A stretch of DNA of 64,000 nucleotides from Squalus acanthias (lineage: Eukaryota): the NCBI GenBank assembly GCA_030390025.1, contig CM059432.1, positions 33,048,001 through 33,112,000 of the forward strand, read 5' to 3'. The position numbers and the translations under genes were made by a program. Positions within the stretch are counted from its first letter, which is position 1, and every line of letters begins with the position of its first letter. The notes under the pieces are model-generated. The model was not told the origin of the DNA. It made no database searches and worked only from the letters and a program-made list of their open reading frames with translations. Below, piece after piece: positions 1 to 11,829 of the stretch.

Positions 1-1100
1 CAGTCTTAAATTCAGTTTGTTCATGTGGCCCATGGTATCAACAGCGAGTCCGTTTTGTTCAACTGTGGGGGGGGAAAATGCCAAATTTTTTCTTTTTTAA
101 AAACAAACCAATCTCTGTTCACAGTTCCCACACTCTTTTTTTCAAAGCTTTACCCAAACTAAACCACTTACGTTGCTATGATATAGAACAACCATCAGCT
201 CGGATTCCGATTCCTCAAGCAGAGTTACAAATTGCCTGTAGTTTAATCCTTTTGCTCAAATGCAGTTGACCACTTTTGTAACTGTGTCCATGTCATTTCT
301 TAGTTTTAGAATGCTTTTACAGAGGACCTCCTTGATGGTTAATGCAATGTAGAAAAGTAATTTTCTGTTCTGGATTTGTTGCTGTGACTTGGTTTTGAAT
401 TCTTTTCAGTAATCCAACACGTTTGCCTGTCGGATTTGGGCTTCCATTGGTGGTCACATTTGCCAATATTTTCCATTCCACTCCTAATTTTGACATGCAA
501 TGATTTACAGCCTCCCAATAAATCTTTTTCGATTGTCATATCTTCCATTGACTGCATTGATGCCAATTCTTAATCTCAATTTTCAGTGATAGCACGAATG
601 AAAATCAATAACTGGCTGTCGTTGATATCAACTCCCATCGAGTGCCAATTTCGAAATAGGCCAAATGGTTTACCTCACTTTAACTACAGATCCAGGTTCT
701 TTCAGCCTCGACACGCCTCAATCGTTCGACTTCGCGGCAGATTCAATCATACATTCCTTAATAAATTCTCCTTCAGAGAACGGTTTGCTGTTCGTGGGTG
801 ATTCTTGTCTGCAATCATGCAGCTCATTCTCGTAATTTCATCCTGTGCCGTTGATGGTCCTGTGGGGGGAAAAAAGTTTGTTCTTTATATGCGCAGCCAT
901 GTCATCAGCTTTTTTGCAGCAGACAAGTTTTTATATTTGGATGCTTGCTTACACTCAAAAAGCCGATTCACATTGTATTCTTTGAGCATTGCCACACTTG
1001 GCAAATTAAGCACACAGCTTTACCACTTGCATCGATAAAATATTTAGAAGTCTATTCTTGAACATTGGCATTCAGCGTCTTTATTTCTTTTGAGCTGATT
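1..1100 (-). pseudogene. Degenerate hAT (SPIN/Charlie, GTF2IRD2-like) transposase relic
   Basis: Minus-strand translation across frameshifts gives fragments resembling F-IDASGKAVCLIC..VAMLKEYNVNRLFE and DINDSQLLIFIRA..ELASMQSM (ORF 339..566), matching BED-finger and catalytic-region motifs of Charlie/SPIN transposases. Many stops; ends approximate. Confidence 0.7.
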
Positions 1101-1618
1101 TCCGAATATCGGTTAGGGTTCAAGCGTATTTTTCTGGTCGGATCTGGTAACGTAGTCACATAAAAATCAATGAACCCCAGTGAGACCCAAATCGCTAAAC
1201 ACTTAGGGGGAGAAATTCAGTATCACCCCATTTGGGGCGCAATTATCGGCCGGGCGCAAAGATTAGCGCCTGGCGCTAATTATCGCCTCTGACTGCAAAC
1301 TTGACTTTTATCGCCCCCTGGAGGTGATTGGAGCGCTAAATCAGGCGCTACACATCTGTCTTAAGGCGCAAAGGCCGAGGAGCGAGGCGTTAACTCAGAG
1401 CGCGGGCGCAGCGCAGGTGCAGTCAGTTAGCGATGGAACACAGACACACTGGCGCTGGACAGTTCTTAAAGGGGAGGGTCGATCTTGCACTCCAGCCACA
1501 CCCTGCTCATTGGAGCCTTGAATCTCGGCCTGGAGAGACCTGTGCCTAAATCTTCCAGCCAAGGACTATGGAGAGGGTGAGAGAACGAGCTCAGCGCTTC
1601 AGCGAGTGGGCCTTGGAT

Positions 1619-4600
1619 AGAACATAAAAACATAAGAAATAGGAGCAGGAGTAGGCCAATTGGCCCCTCGAGCCTGCTCCGCCATTCAATAAGATCATGG
1701 CTGATCTGATCCTAACCGCCAATCTACTATCACAGAACCATCTCCTGAACCTAACAGAATTGGACACACAAAATAGCAGCAGGATCAGGCTACACGGCCC
1801 CTGGGCCCGCTACGCTACCCACAGGGCCATGACTGATCCGAACCGAGACTCATGTCCAAATTCCTGCCTGCTCCCCGTAACCCTTAATTCCCTTTACTTC
1901 GAGGAAATTGTCTATTTCTGTTTTAAATTTATGTAATGATATAGCTTCTACAGCTTTTTGGGGCAGCATATTCCATGGACCTACCACCCTGAGTGAAGTA
2001 GTTCCTTCTCATCTCAGTTTTGAAAGAGCAGCCCCTTTATTCTAAGACTATGCCCCCTAGTTCTAGTTTCACCCATCATCGGGAACATCCTCCCCGCATC
2101 CACCCGATCCAACCTGTAAGGGGTGACACGCCTGTGGCTCTGTGCTTAGCCTGGGTGCTAGTGCGAGGTTAGGCCTTGTTGCCTGTTCTGGTCTCCAGCC
2201 AGCCTGGGAGCACTAGACACCTGTGAGTGGTTCGACCCACTCGCCCTTACGGTTCTGACACTGGACTTCGGTGCGAGAGCAATAATGAAGAGAAAACTCG
2301 GGTAGACCCGGTTGAATAGTGCGAAATGGAAAATCTTTATTGCATATTATTCAAGATTACGAAATACATGTCATAAGCACAGATTAATGACAGTACAATC
2401 TTACACTCAGTTATGTAACTAATTTTAGGGAAACGAAGAGCGCACGACACATCGAAAAAGGGGGCACACATTACAATTATCCTTAAAACTTAAACCCTCC
2501 CCTATCAATACCTGTCCTAAACTAGATTTGTAGGATCGAGACTCATGCTCACCACTCGTGATAACTCGGAGAATTCCGAAAACTCTGCTCGGATGTTTTT
2601 ACCGCAGCACCTGACCACCCACGTGTTGATCAGGGGTCTCTGTACCCCACTTGTTTACTCGTTTCTGCTCCGGCTAGCAGGCTGGACCGTCTGCTGTCAT
2701 GAAGATCTGTGTTGTCCTCGGAGTTCCGACCCGACTCAAAAAATAGTCTTCCTGTGCCCTCGCACCGATGCGATAAAACTCGAAGAATGGTCTTCCTGTG
2801 CCCTCACGCCAGTTTGTAAAACTCAAAGAATAGTCTTCCTGGGCAAGGAAAGTGTTTATTCGACCTACAGGCGCGGTCGGGGCTTACTGACCGTGGCGAT
2901 ACGTATGGTCGTCTTCTTCTCTTCTCATCTCATCTCATCTCATCTCGGGCCTTCGGTTCCAACACCGTTTACCGACTTCTCGGGATGGTGTGCCCGTTTC
3001 AAGGCTTCACAGCCCAGTTCTACACAGATCTTCGCGGCAAGCCACGAGGCTGATCCTGGCGGATCAGAAAGTTCAATAGTCTTTCAGCAAGTCGAGCAGC
3101 AAGAGTCAAGAGCAAGAGTCAAGAGAAAGATGGACGGTTGTACCTTACAATTATAGTGCTGAAATTCCTCTTTTCCCGCCCAATCTTAATGTCTTTTCTT
3201 TTGTCAGAGTTTTGGCGCTCAAACTTCTTGTATAGGGTGATCTCCGTTTAATGGGTTTCGGTGATACTTGTAACTGTCTGAGTACCCGTTAATACTCCTC
3301 CCATTGTGTAACCGGTCAGTATTCTCCCTGGAGGGGTTTTGGGGCTTCCAAATGTTTCTGTAACTACCCGCAAACGGCTCTCTCATCGTAGAGTCGTGGG
3401 GATTTTGCATATTAATGTCTTTGGATGGGTTCTTGATCGCTCGGTACAATAGCTCTTATTCGCACCTGGGAGACCGATTCCAGTATTTATGTGTAAAATG
3501 CAAACCCATTATGTCTTGTGAATTATCTCAAATGTGCTGAGTCTTGTCCGATCTCGCACAAATGTTTATTGGAACGCCATCTTGTCTGCTCATTGAAAAG
3601 TCCAGAACGTTCTGCCACGAGGCGTGGCGGCCATTTTACAGGCTGCTTGTGTCCACTTTGAAAACCTGACAGCATTCTGCTGAAATAAAACTGTTTGTAC
3701 GAAACTATGTGTCTCCTCCTTATTTATAAAATCGCGATAATATTGCGAATTCTACAAACCCCTTCACAATCTTATATGTTTCAATAAGATCGTCTCTCAT
3801 TCTTCTGAACTCCAATGAGTAGAGTCCCAATCTACCCAGCCTCTCCTCATATGTCCATCCCCTCATCCCCAGGATTAACCGAGTGAACCTTCTTTGTACT
3901 GACTCGAGAGCAAGTATGTCTTTTCTTAAGTATGGACACCAAAACTGTATGCAGTATTCCAGGTGCGGTCTCACCAATACCTTGTACAACTGAAACATTG
4001 CCTCCCTATTTTTATATTCTCTCCCCCTAGCAATGAAAGCCAACATTCTGTTGGCCTTCTTAATCACTTGCTGCACCTGCATACTAACCTTTTGAGTTTC
4101 GTGCACCAGGACCCCCAGATCACTTTGTACTTCAGTACTTTCCAGTTTCTTGCCATTAAGATAATAACTTGCTCTACTATTTTTCCTGCCAAAGTGCATA
4201 ACCTCACACTTTCCAGTATTGTATTCCATCTGCCAAATCTCTGCCCACTTACTTAGCCTGTCTATGTCCCTTGCAGATTTTTTATGTCCTCCTCACTCAC
4301 TACTTTCCCTCCCATCTTAGTATCATCTGCAAACTTTGATATGTTACACTCGGTCCCCTCCTCCAAATCGTTAATATAGATTGTAAAGAGTTGGGGACCC
4401 AGCACTGACCCCTGCGGAACACCACTAGTTACTGATTGCCAGTCTGAGAATGAACCATTTAGCCCAACTCTCTGCCTTCTGTTAGATAGCCAATCCTCTA
4501 TCCATGCCAGAATATTACCCCCAATCCTGTGATTTTTTATCTTAAGCAATAATCTTTTGTGTGGCACCTTGTCAAATGCCTTTTGGAAGTCTAAATACAC

Positions 4601-7600
4601 CACATCCACTGGTTCCCCTTTATCCACCCTGTATGTTACTTCCTCAAAGAACTCCAGCAAATTTGTCAAACATGACTTCCCCTTCATAAAACCATACTGA
4701 CTTTGTCCTATTAAATTATAATTATCCAAATGTCCTGTTACTGTCTCCTTAATAATGGACTCCAAAATTTTACCTACCACAGATGTTAGGCTAACCGATC
4801 TATAGTTTCCAGCCTTCTGTCTACTGCCCTTTTTAAATAAGGGTGTTACATTAGCAGTTTTCCAGTCTGCCGGGATCTTTGCTGAGTCCAGGGAGTTTTG
4901 GAAAATTATTACCAATGCATCCACAATCCCTACCGTCACTTCCCTCAAGACCCTAGGATGTAAGCCATCAGGTCCAGGTGATTTATCCGCCTTGAGTCCC
5001 ATTATTTTACCGAGTACCACTTCCTTAGTGATTTTGATCGTGTTTAGCTCCTCCCCCCCCCCCCCCCCCCTGTTTGCCCAGTGTTGGGATATTCTTAGTG
5101 TCCTCTACTGTAAAGACTGATACAAAATATTCATTCAGTGTATTTGCCATCTCCATATTTCCCACCATTAATTTCCCGGTCTCATCCTCTAAGGGACCAA
5201 CATTTACTTTAGCCACCCTTTTTTCTTTTTATATAACTATAAAAACTCTTACTATCTGTTTTTATATTTTTTGCTAATTTACTTTCATAATCTATCTTCC
5301 CTTTCTTAATCAATCTTTTCGTTATTTTTTGCTGTCTTTTAAAGTTTTCCCAATCCTCGATCCTCCCACTAGATTTGGCTACCTTTATAAGCCCTTGTTT
5401 TTAGTCGAATACTATCCTTAATTTCTTTACTTAGCCACGGATGACTGTCTTTTCTTTTACACCCTTTTCTTCTCAGTGGAATATTTTTTTTGGAAGTTGT
5501 AAAATAACTCCTTAAATGTACACCACTGATCATGTATCGTCTTACCCTTTAATCTATTTTCCCAATCCACTCTACTAAATTCCACTCGCATACCTTCATA
5601 GTCTCCTTTATTCAAGCTTAGCACGCTTGTTTGAGATCCAACCTTCTCACCCTCTAATTGAATATGGAATTCAACCATGTTATGGTCACTCATTCCAAGG
5701 GGATCCTTTACTAAGACATTTTTAATTAATCCTGTCTCGTTACACAGGACCAGATCTAAGGTTGCTTGCCCCCTGGTCAGTTCAGTTACATACTGCTCAA
5801 GAAACCCATCCCTAATATACTCAATGAACTCATCCTCAAGGCAGCCCTGCCCAATTTGATTTGTCCAATTAATATGATCGTTAAAATCCCCCATAATTAT
5901 AGATGTTCCCTTATTACAAGCCTCAACTATTTCCTGATTGATACTCCGTCCAACAGAGTTGCAACTGTTTGGAGGCCTATAGACTACGCCCACTAGCGTT
6001 TTTTTCCCCTTATTATTCCTTATCTCCACCCAAACTGTTTCATTATCCTGATCTTTTGACCCAATATCATTTCTCTGTATTAGTGATTCCTTCCTTTATT
6101 AACATAGCCACCCCACCTCCCCTTCCTTTCCTGCCTGTCCTTCCTGATCGTTAAATAACCTGGTATGTTTAATTCCCAGGCATTGTCACCCTGCAGCCAT
6201 GTTTCTGTAATGGCCACAAGATCATACCCATATGTAGTTATTTGTGCCATTAACTCATCTATTTTGTTACGAATGCTACGTGCATTCAGATAGAGAACTT
6301 TCAAATATGTTTTGTGACACTTAGTTCCTGCTTTTGCCCTTTTTATTGCTTTATCTTTTACTCCATACCTTCTGCCCCTTCCTGACACACTCTGGTTTTT
6401 AATTTCCCCACTGCTACCTAAGTCTATGACCTTCTCTGTTGTCAGTTTTATTATTTGCTCTCTAGGAACCTTCCCCCCACTAGTTAGTTTAAAGCCCTCG
6501 CTAGAGCTCTAGTTATATGATCCGCCAGGACTCTAGTTCCAGCACTGGCCAAGTGAAGCCCGTCCCAACGGAACAGCTCCCTCCTGCCCCAGTACTGGTG
6601 CCAGTGTCCCAGGAAGCAAAACCCATTTCTCCCACACCAGTCTTTGAACACTCATTTAACTCTCTAATTTTATTTGTCCTAGCCAAATTCGCTCGTGGCT
6701 CCGGTAATAATCCAGAGATTATTACCCTTGAGGTTCTGTTTTTTAATTTGACCCCTAGCTGCTCATACTCCTTTAACAGAACCGGCTTCTTTGTACTATC
6801 TACGTCGTTTGTACCAACATGGACCATGACAACTGGATCCACCCCCTCCCACTGCAAGTTTCTTTCCAGCCCAGAGGAGATGTCCTTAACCCTGGCACCA
6901 GGCAGGCAACACAGCCTACGGGACTCTCGCTCTCAGCTGCAGAGAACTCTATCTATCCCCCTAATAATACTATCCCCTACCACTACAACATTTCGATTTA
7001 CTGCCCCCCATTCCACGGTGCTGTGGCCAGGTTGCTTATCCTCCCTGCAGTCCCTGCTCCAGTCCCCATGGAGTAAGAACCTCGAACCTGTTGGACAAGA
7101 GCAAGGGCTGCGGCTCCTCCAACACTACCTCCTGGATCCCCGTACCTGCCTCACTCGTAGTCACACTGTCCTGTCCCTGACCATGGGCTACATCTGAATT
7201 AATTAACTTCATAGGTGTGACCACCTCCTGAAACAGAGTCCAGGTACTTCTCCCCCTCCCTGATGTGTCGCAGTGTCTGAAGCTCAGACTCCAGCTCATC
7301 AACACGGAGCTGGAGTTCCTGTAGCAGCAGACACTTGTCACAGACGTAATCACAGTGAGCCTCAATGGGGTCCACTGGCTCCCACATCTCGCAATAGTAA
7401 CACATCACCTGCTCCATTCTATGTAATTAATTAAATTTTTTATTGTTAGTTATGGACACTCTCTGCCCGATTATAGATGCTAGTATCCCCTCTAATTAAT
7501 TGGATTTAAATTAAATCAATCCCTCTAAATTACACCAGTTAAATGGTTTACCAACAGTCACTCTGCACCAGAAAGGCCTTATTAACTGCAACCCAGAGTT

Positions 7601-7990
7601 AAAGTTTGAAAAGAGCGCCCTACACCCCACTCACCCGAATTCTCTCTTACCCAAACTCACTGCACTCTCTGCTGACTCGCACCATGCTCAAAGGTCCTGA
7701 TGAATCGAGTGACTCTGTCAGATTTGAAGTGATGTTTTGGTTTGAGTTTCCCGTCTGCAAATCCTCCACTTCTAACACCTGAATCAAGATGGCGGCCGTT
7801 ATCCTGGCCTGTGACCAGGAGAAGCCCCGAAGCTGCAAACACGCGACCTTCAGGTTATTATTCGGGGTTTCCGGCCTACAGCAGTGGTTTATGAAAGCTC
7901 CCCGCCCACCCGCCGGTCTATTACTCCCGCTTCTTGCAGATTGAATCGGAACTCGTGTCACAGCCACGCTCGGCGATGACACGCACCGCG
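1619..7990 (-). mobile_element. Full-length CR1 LINE (ORF1 zinc-finger/esterase; ORF2 APE + RT), decayed
   Basis: 3' tail (TTCTTATG-like)n at about 1619-1640; RT fragments 3720-5020 ([14 protein letters not shown]); APE 5457-6388 (LNARS, ITETWL, GDFN, SDHN); ORF1 6490-7417 (CxxC..CxxC, VHVGTND); 5' UTR to about 7990. Interrupts the Myb exon at GGAT|GCTCTGG. Confidence 0.92.
2115..3756 (-). mobile_element. Solo LTR (1642 bp), related subfamily of the provirus at 38656-51995
   Basis: TGTAAG...CTACA termini; 4-bp TSD AACC at 2111-2114 and 3757-3760; colinear with the provirus LTRs; inserted into the CR1 ORF2 3' region. Confidence 0.95.
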
Positions 7991-10053
7991 CATGCTCTGG
8001 TTGGCGCGGTGGAGCGCAGAAGATCTATGCTCCTCCCTGAGAGTGGCAGGAGGCCTTTGCCGCGCGAGTACAGAAGAGTGTGGAGGGAGGTGGCTCAGAG
8101 CGTCTCCTCCAGCAGCATGGTGCCCAGGACCCATATACAATGTTGAAAAAAGTTCAACGACCTCACTCAGATCGTCAGGGTGAGTGGCTTTTTTTCAATA
8201 CCTCTCCATCCCTCCATCTCAACCTCACTCTATGGCCAGAGGGTCTTAAAACTCCAATGCACAACACTCATCCAACACCTATGGCCCTCTCATGAAACAC
8301 ACATGCACATTCCACACTTTGCATACAGTAAGGGCTATTCACCTATGGGAGGCACATCAGGCAAGACCATGGCTGCATACAGTAAGGGCTAGTCACCTAT
8401 GGGAGGCACATCAGGCAAGACCATGGCTGTATTTACTCAGATGCCATCCTTTTTCTTGCAGGCCAAGCTATCTCATAATAGGAGACAGCAGCAACGGACG
8501 GGTGGAGGGCGGCCTCAGCTGCAACCCCTCAGCGATCTTGAGGCGCGCGTCCACAGGATTGTGGCAAGCCAGGTGATCGGTCCCGTCGCCACTGGAGACG
8601 CTGACCCCGTTCTGGACAGCAATGGTAAGGTCATCACCTTTTTGTCCTCTGTCCTTCCACTTGTCCCTCAACACCAGCCTTTGACACTTTCAATCCAACT
8701 TACTAAATCGCTGCACTCATTCCTCCCTTACTGCCCCCCTGTCCTCATGCTAAAGCCACTCTTGTACCTCCCTGCTTTCAGATGGTGATTTACCAGCTGA
8801 GGAGACGGGCCCTCAAGCTGCCAGTGGGAGTGAAGCTGCAGCCGAGGAGGAAGATGAAGGCGGAGCATCAGCGCCGCCCTCTCCCGAGGAAGCCCATGTC
8901 CACACTGGTAACACGCCTTCCCTGGAGGGGAGCAGGGGGGGAAGGGTCTGATGAGGGTGAAGCTCCAGGACCCAGCGGGCTGCAGCAATGCAATGTGGGT
9001 AGGGAAGCTCAGGGACCTTCTCCCCGGAGGGAGAGTATGCCAGCGAGTCCTACTGCACTGGATGCAGAGGAGGAGCGGCTCATCGCTGAAATGAACACCC
9101 AGGCAGTGGACATGCACACTGAGCTCATGGGTGCAGTGGGAAGGATGCCCGAATGCATTGAATCACTGGCAAGGAGTGTGGAGCACTTCGCTGTAGCGCA
9201 GGCGGATGCCATGCAAATGTTTAGTGCTGCAATTCAGTCAATGGCTGCCATGAACCCATCTCTGACTGCTCTCCTGCAGACTCAGATTGAGGCCACGCGA
9301 GCACTGACTGCTGCCATCCTCGATAGTTCGTATACATTTCCCCGGGGCTCTCACCGTGCCACAGCAGGCCAGCAATCTGTGCTCCAGCAGATTGCTCCGG
9401 ATGCTGAAGTGCTGCCCCGTGGGAGTGCCAGTGTGTCGGTCGAGCAGGGAGTCACTGTCACTTCTCCACTGCACTTGCCACCGCCTGTAGGACAGACTGC
9501 TGCCGCCCATGCAGAGTTGGTGTAGTCGGGCCCTCCAGGCCCAGAGCTGGTTGAGGCCATCCTTCAAGGGCATCTGCCGTCTCAGGTTCTGATAATCAGC
9601 AGCCTTCCACCAGCCTTGCTGCAGCCATTGAGGTCCCATTACGGAGGAGCAGTAGGGTGTGGGAAGGGGGGAAGTGCGCAAGGGAAGGAGATCACCCTCG
9701 AAGGGCAAAAAGTAGGAGGTGTGACAAAATGTCGGTCATTTTTTTTATTAAAGGCCGAGGTCACACTTTTGAACATTATATCCAGGTTATGAGAACCAAT
9801 TATGTTAATGACTGTGTTTTTGTGTTTCTTTCTATTAGTTTGTCATGAGGAAATGACACACAGAGTTTGTGAAATAAATAAGTGTTTGTATTCAAAATGT
9901 ACATGTTTGGTCTTTGGAATCATTGCTGCCTTGGCCGGCTTAGGGGTTGCGGGTTGGTTTCATTCATGTTGTTCTCAATGGCAGAAGCCATTTCCTCAGC
10001 AGGGGCCTAGAAGCGGCTTGCTATCAGCCGTTGACTGACGGCCCTTCCAGTTT

Positions 10054-11166
10054 CTACATTGTGATCCTCCCTCCCGCCTTTGTGCTGCTGATAATCATCA
10101 TCTCCTCTTCCTTTTCCTCCTCCTCTGGTGGTGCTCCAAGGCCTGGTGGCATTGGCTGGGTTCTGAGGATTGCCAGGTTATGCAGCATGCAGCACACAAC
10201 TACGAAGTGGGAAACTCGCTCAGGCGAGTACTGCAGGGCTCCTCCAGAATGGTCCAGACAGCGGAACCGTTGCTTGAGCACGCCGATTGTGTGCTCAACG
10301 GTGTTCCTGGTAGCTTGATGGCTCTCGTTGTACCGCAGCTCAGCAGGGGTGTTGGGCGTACGGAGTGGTGTCATCAGCCAGGTGCTCAGTGGATATCCCT
10401 TGTCCCCGAGAAGCCAACCAACTGGCTGATGCGGTGCCTGGAAAAGTTCTGCCACAGTAGTCTGGCGCAGGATGAATGCATCGTGGCAGCTGCCAGGATA
10501 GTGGGCATTGACAGCAAATATCAGCTGTCTGTGGTCACAGACCAACTGAACATTTAAGGAATGGAACCCCTTTCTGTTGCGGAAATCCTCGGCATTCTCA
10601 TGCGGAGCACGCAAAGCCACATGCATGCAGTCAATGGCGCCCTGCACCATGGGGAAGCCCGCTATCCTAGCAAAGCCCATTGCGCGTTCTTGCTGCTTGT
10701 CTGTGGTCATGGGGAAAGAGATGTACTCTCGTCTCCTTTTAAAGAGGGCATTTGTGACCTGACGGATGCAGCAATGCACCGCGAACTGGGAGATATTGGC
10801 GATGTCCCCAGAAGTTGATTGAAATGAGCCAGTGGCATAAAAGTTCAGAGCCACTGTGATCTTCACTGCCACCAACCGAGACGTCCTGGACCTCAGTTGA
10901 GGCTGCAGATCTGGCTGCAGCAGGTGGCAGAGCTCAGTGACCACCTCCTTGCTGAAGAGCAGCCTTAGCAAACACTGTTCCTCAGACATATTAATATATG
11001 TGAATTGTTGGTGATATACCCTGGGAGGGTAAGGTCTCCTGTACAGAGGCTTGTTGGCCCTCCTCCGTCTGGCCATGATTGCCACTCTCTCTGCGTCTGT
11101 GTACTCTGATTCTGGTGGCGCAGGACGACGCCCCCAATCAGTGCAGCCCCCACAGTCTCTTGGCAA
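10054..11166 (-). CDS. HARBI1-like DDE transposase (family A copy 1); catalytic core open, frameshifts near both termini
   Basis: 370-aa ORF with [56 protein letters not shown] and CCMLHN motifs. Confidence 0.88.
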   Translation of the reverse strand: MPRDCGGCTDWGRRPAPPESEYTDAERVAIMARRRRANKPLYRRPYPPRVYHQQFTYINMSEEQCLLRLLFSKEVVTELCHLLQPDLQPQLRSRTSRLVAVKITVALNFYATGSFQSTSGDIANISQFAVHCCIRQVTNALFKRRREYISFPMTTDKQQERAMGFARIAGFPMVQGAIDCMHVALRAPHENAEDFRNRKGFHSLNVQLVCDHRQLIFAVNAHYPGSCHDAFILRQTTVAELFQAPHQPVGWLLGDKGYPLSTWLMTPLRTPNTPAELRYNESHQATRNTVEHTIGVLKQRFRCLDHSGGALQYSPERVSHFVVVCCMLHNLAILRTQPMPPGLGAPPEEEEKEEEMMIISSTKAGGRITM

Positions 11167-11253
11167 TCAAAGTTATGAAGGTCAAAAACCAAAGTACCTG
11201 CAAAGTTATGATCAGTAGCCAAAACTACCTCTCACAGCGTTGACTCAATGCAG

Positions 11254-11256
<3 letters not shown>

Positions 11257-11294
<38 letters not shown>
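11257..11294. repeat. (CT)n microsatellite upstream of the family A transposase (also at about 37109-37183 and 44365-44407)
   Basis: Visible dinucleotide run at the homologous position in all three family A copies, with variable length. Confidence 0.95.
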
Positions 11295-11297
<3 letters not shown>

Positions 11298-11829
11298 ACG
11301 AGTGGTGTAAAAATGTCAACCACAGAGAAAGACAGGAAGAGGCCCCCTTTAAATAGTGCCCCCACAGCGACTGGGGAGCGTTCCAGTCTTCTGGTCGTTG
11401 GTTGCGCCAGGCGGAAACGATGGGGGCGCCACTCAATTTCCGCTCCGGGGCGCCACAAGGGCGTTGCACCCTCATATGACGTCAAGATCTGCGTGCGCAG
11501 GAGATCGCGGCGGTAAAGTTTAGCGCCGCCGCAAAATGTCTAGTTAATTTCGTGAGCGGCGCAAACATCGCTGTGCCCGGGCGCTAGTTGCTTTGCTCCC
11601 CATTAGCGCCCTCTTAAGGCGCTAACGGGAGGTGCAACCAACTGAATTTTTCCCCCTTACAGTTTAATGAGGTGGCACAGACAAGGGTAAGGGCACCTTT
11701 ATTGTACAGAAATGGTGGTGAGAGTGCAAGGATTGAACAGTTCATTGTAGAGATGCTTTATGGTGTTGCAGTGGGGTGATGCCAACCTTCATGTCTATGT
11801 GGCAGCCACATGTCTGTGCTGCATAAAGT

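Larger units (their letters stand above)
1568..9715 (+). pseudogene. Harbinger Myb/SANT-like gene (family A copy 1), exon 1 split by the CR1 insertion
   Basis: MERVRERAQRFSE..ALD at 1568-1618 resumes at about 7993 (ALVGAVERRRSMLLPESGRRPLPREYRRVWREVAQSV..QC*KKFNDL). Exons 2 and 3 are homologous to copy 2. Contains stops and deletions. Confidence 0.85.
1206..11656. mobile_element. PIF/Harbinger DNA transposon, family A copy 1, carrying a nested CR1 and a solo LTR
   Basis: TIRs GGGGGAGAAATTCAG (1206) and CTGAATTTTTCCCCC (ends 11656); 3-bp TSD TTA at 1203-1205 and 11657-11659; Myb-like gene (+) convergent with a HARBI1-like transposase (-). Confidence 0.93.

Noticed and set aside
2545..3156. 203-aa plus-strand ORF inside the solo LTR, as a possible antisense accessory gene
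   Set aside because: Broken into short pieces in both provirus LTRs (39132-39660, 50825-51349) and has no recognisable motif.
6517..7197. Long antisense ORFs over TE coding regions (also 9238..9708, 47624..48166 and others)
   Set aside because: Shadow frames of CR1, Harbinger and provirus ORFs in GC-rich sequence, with no independent evidence.
10054..11166. Host HARBI1 (or NAIF1/MSANTD) genes
   Set aside because: Multicopy, bounded by TIRs and TSDs, and decayed; these are transposon genes, so no host gene symbol was assigned.
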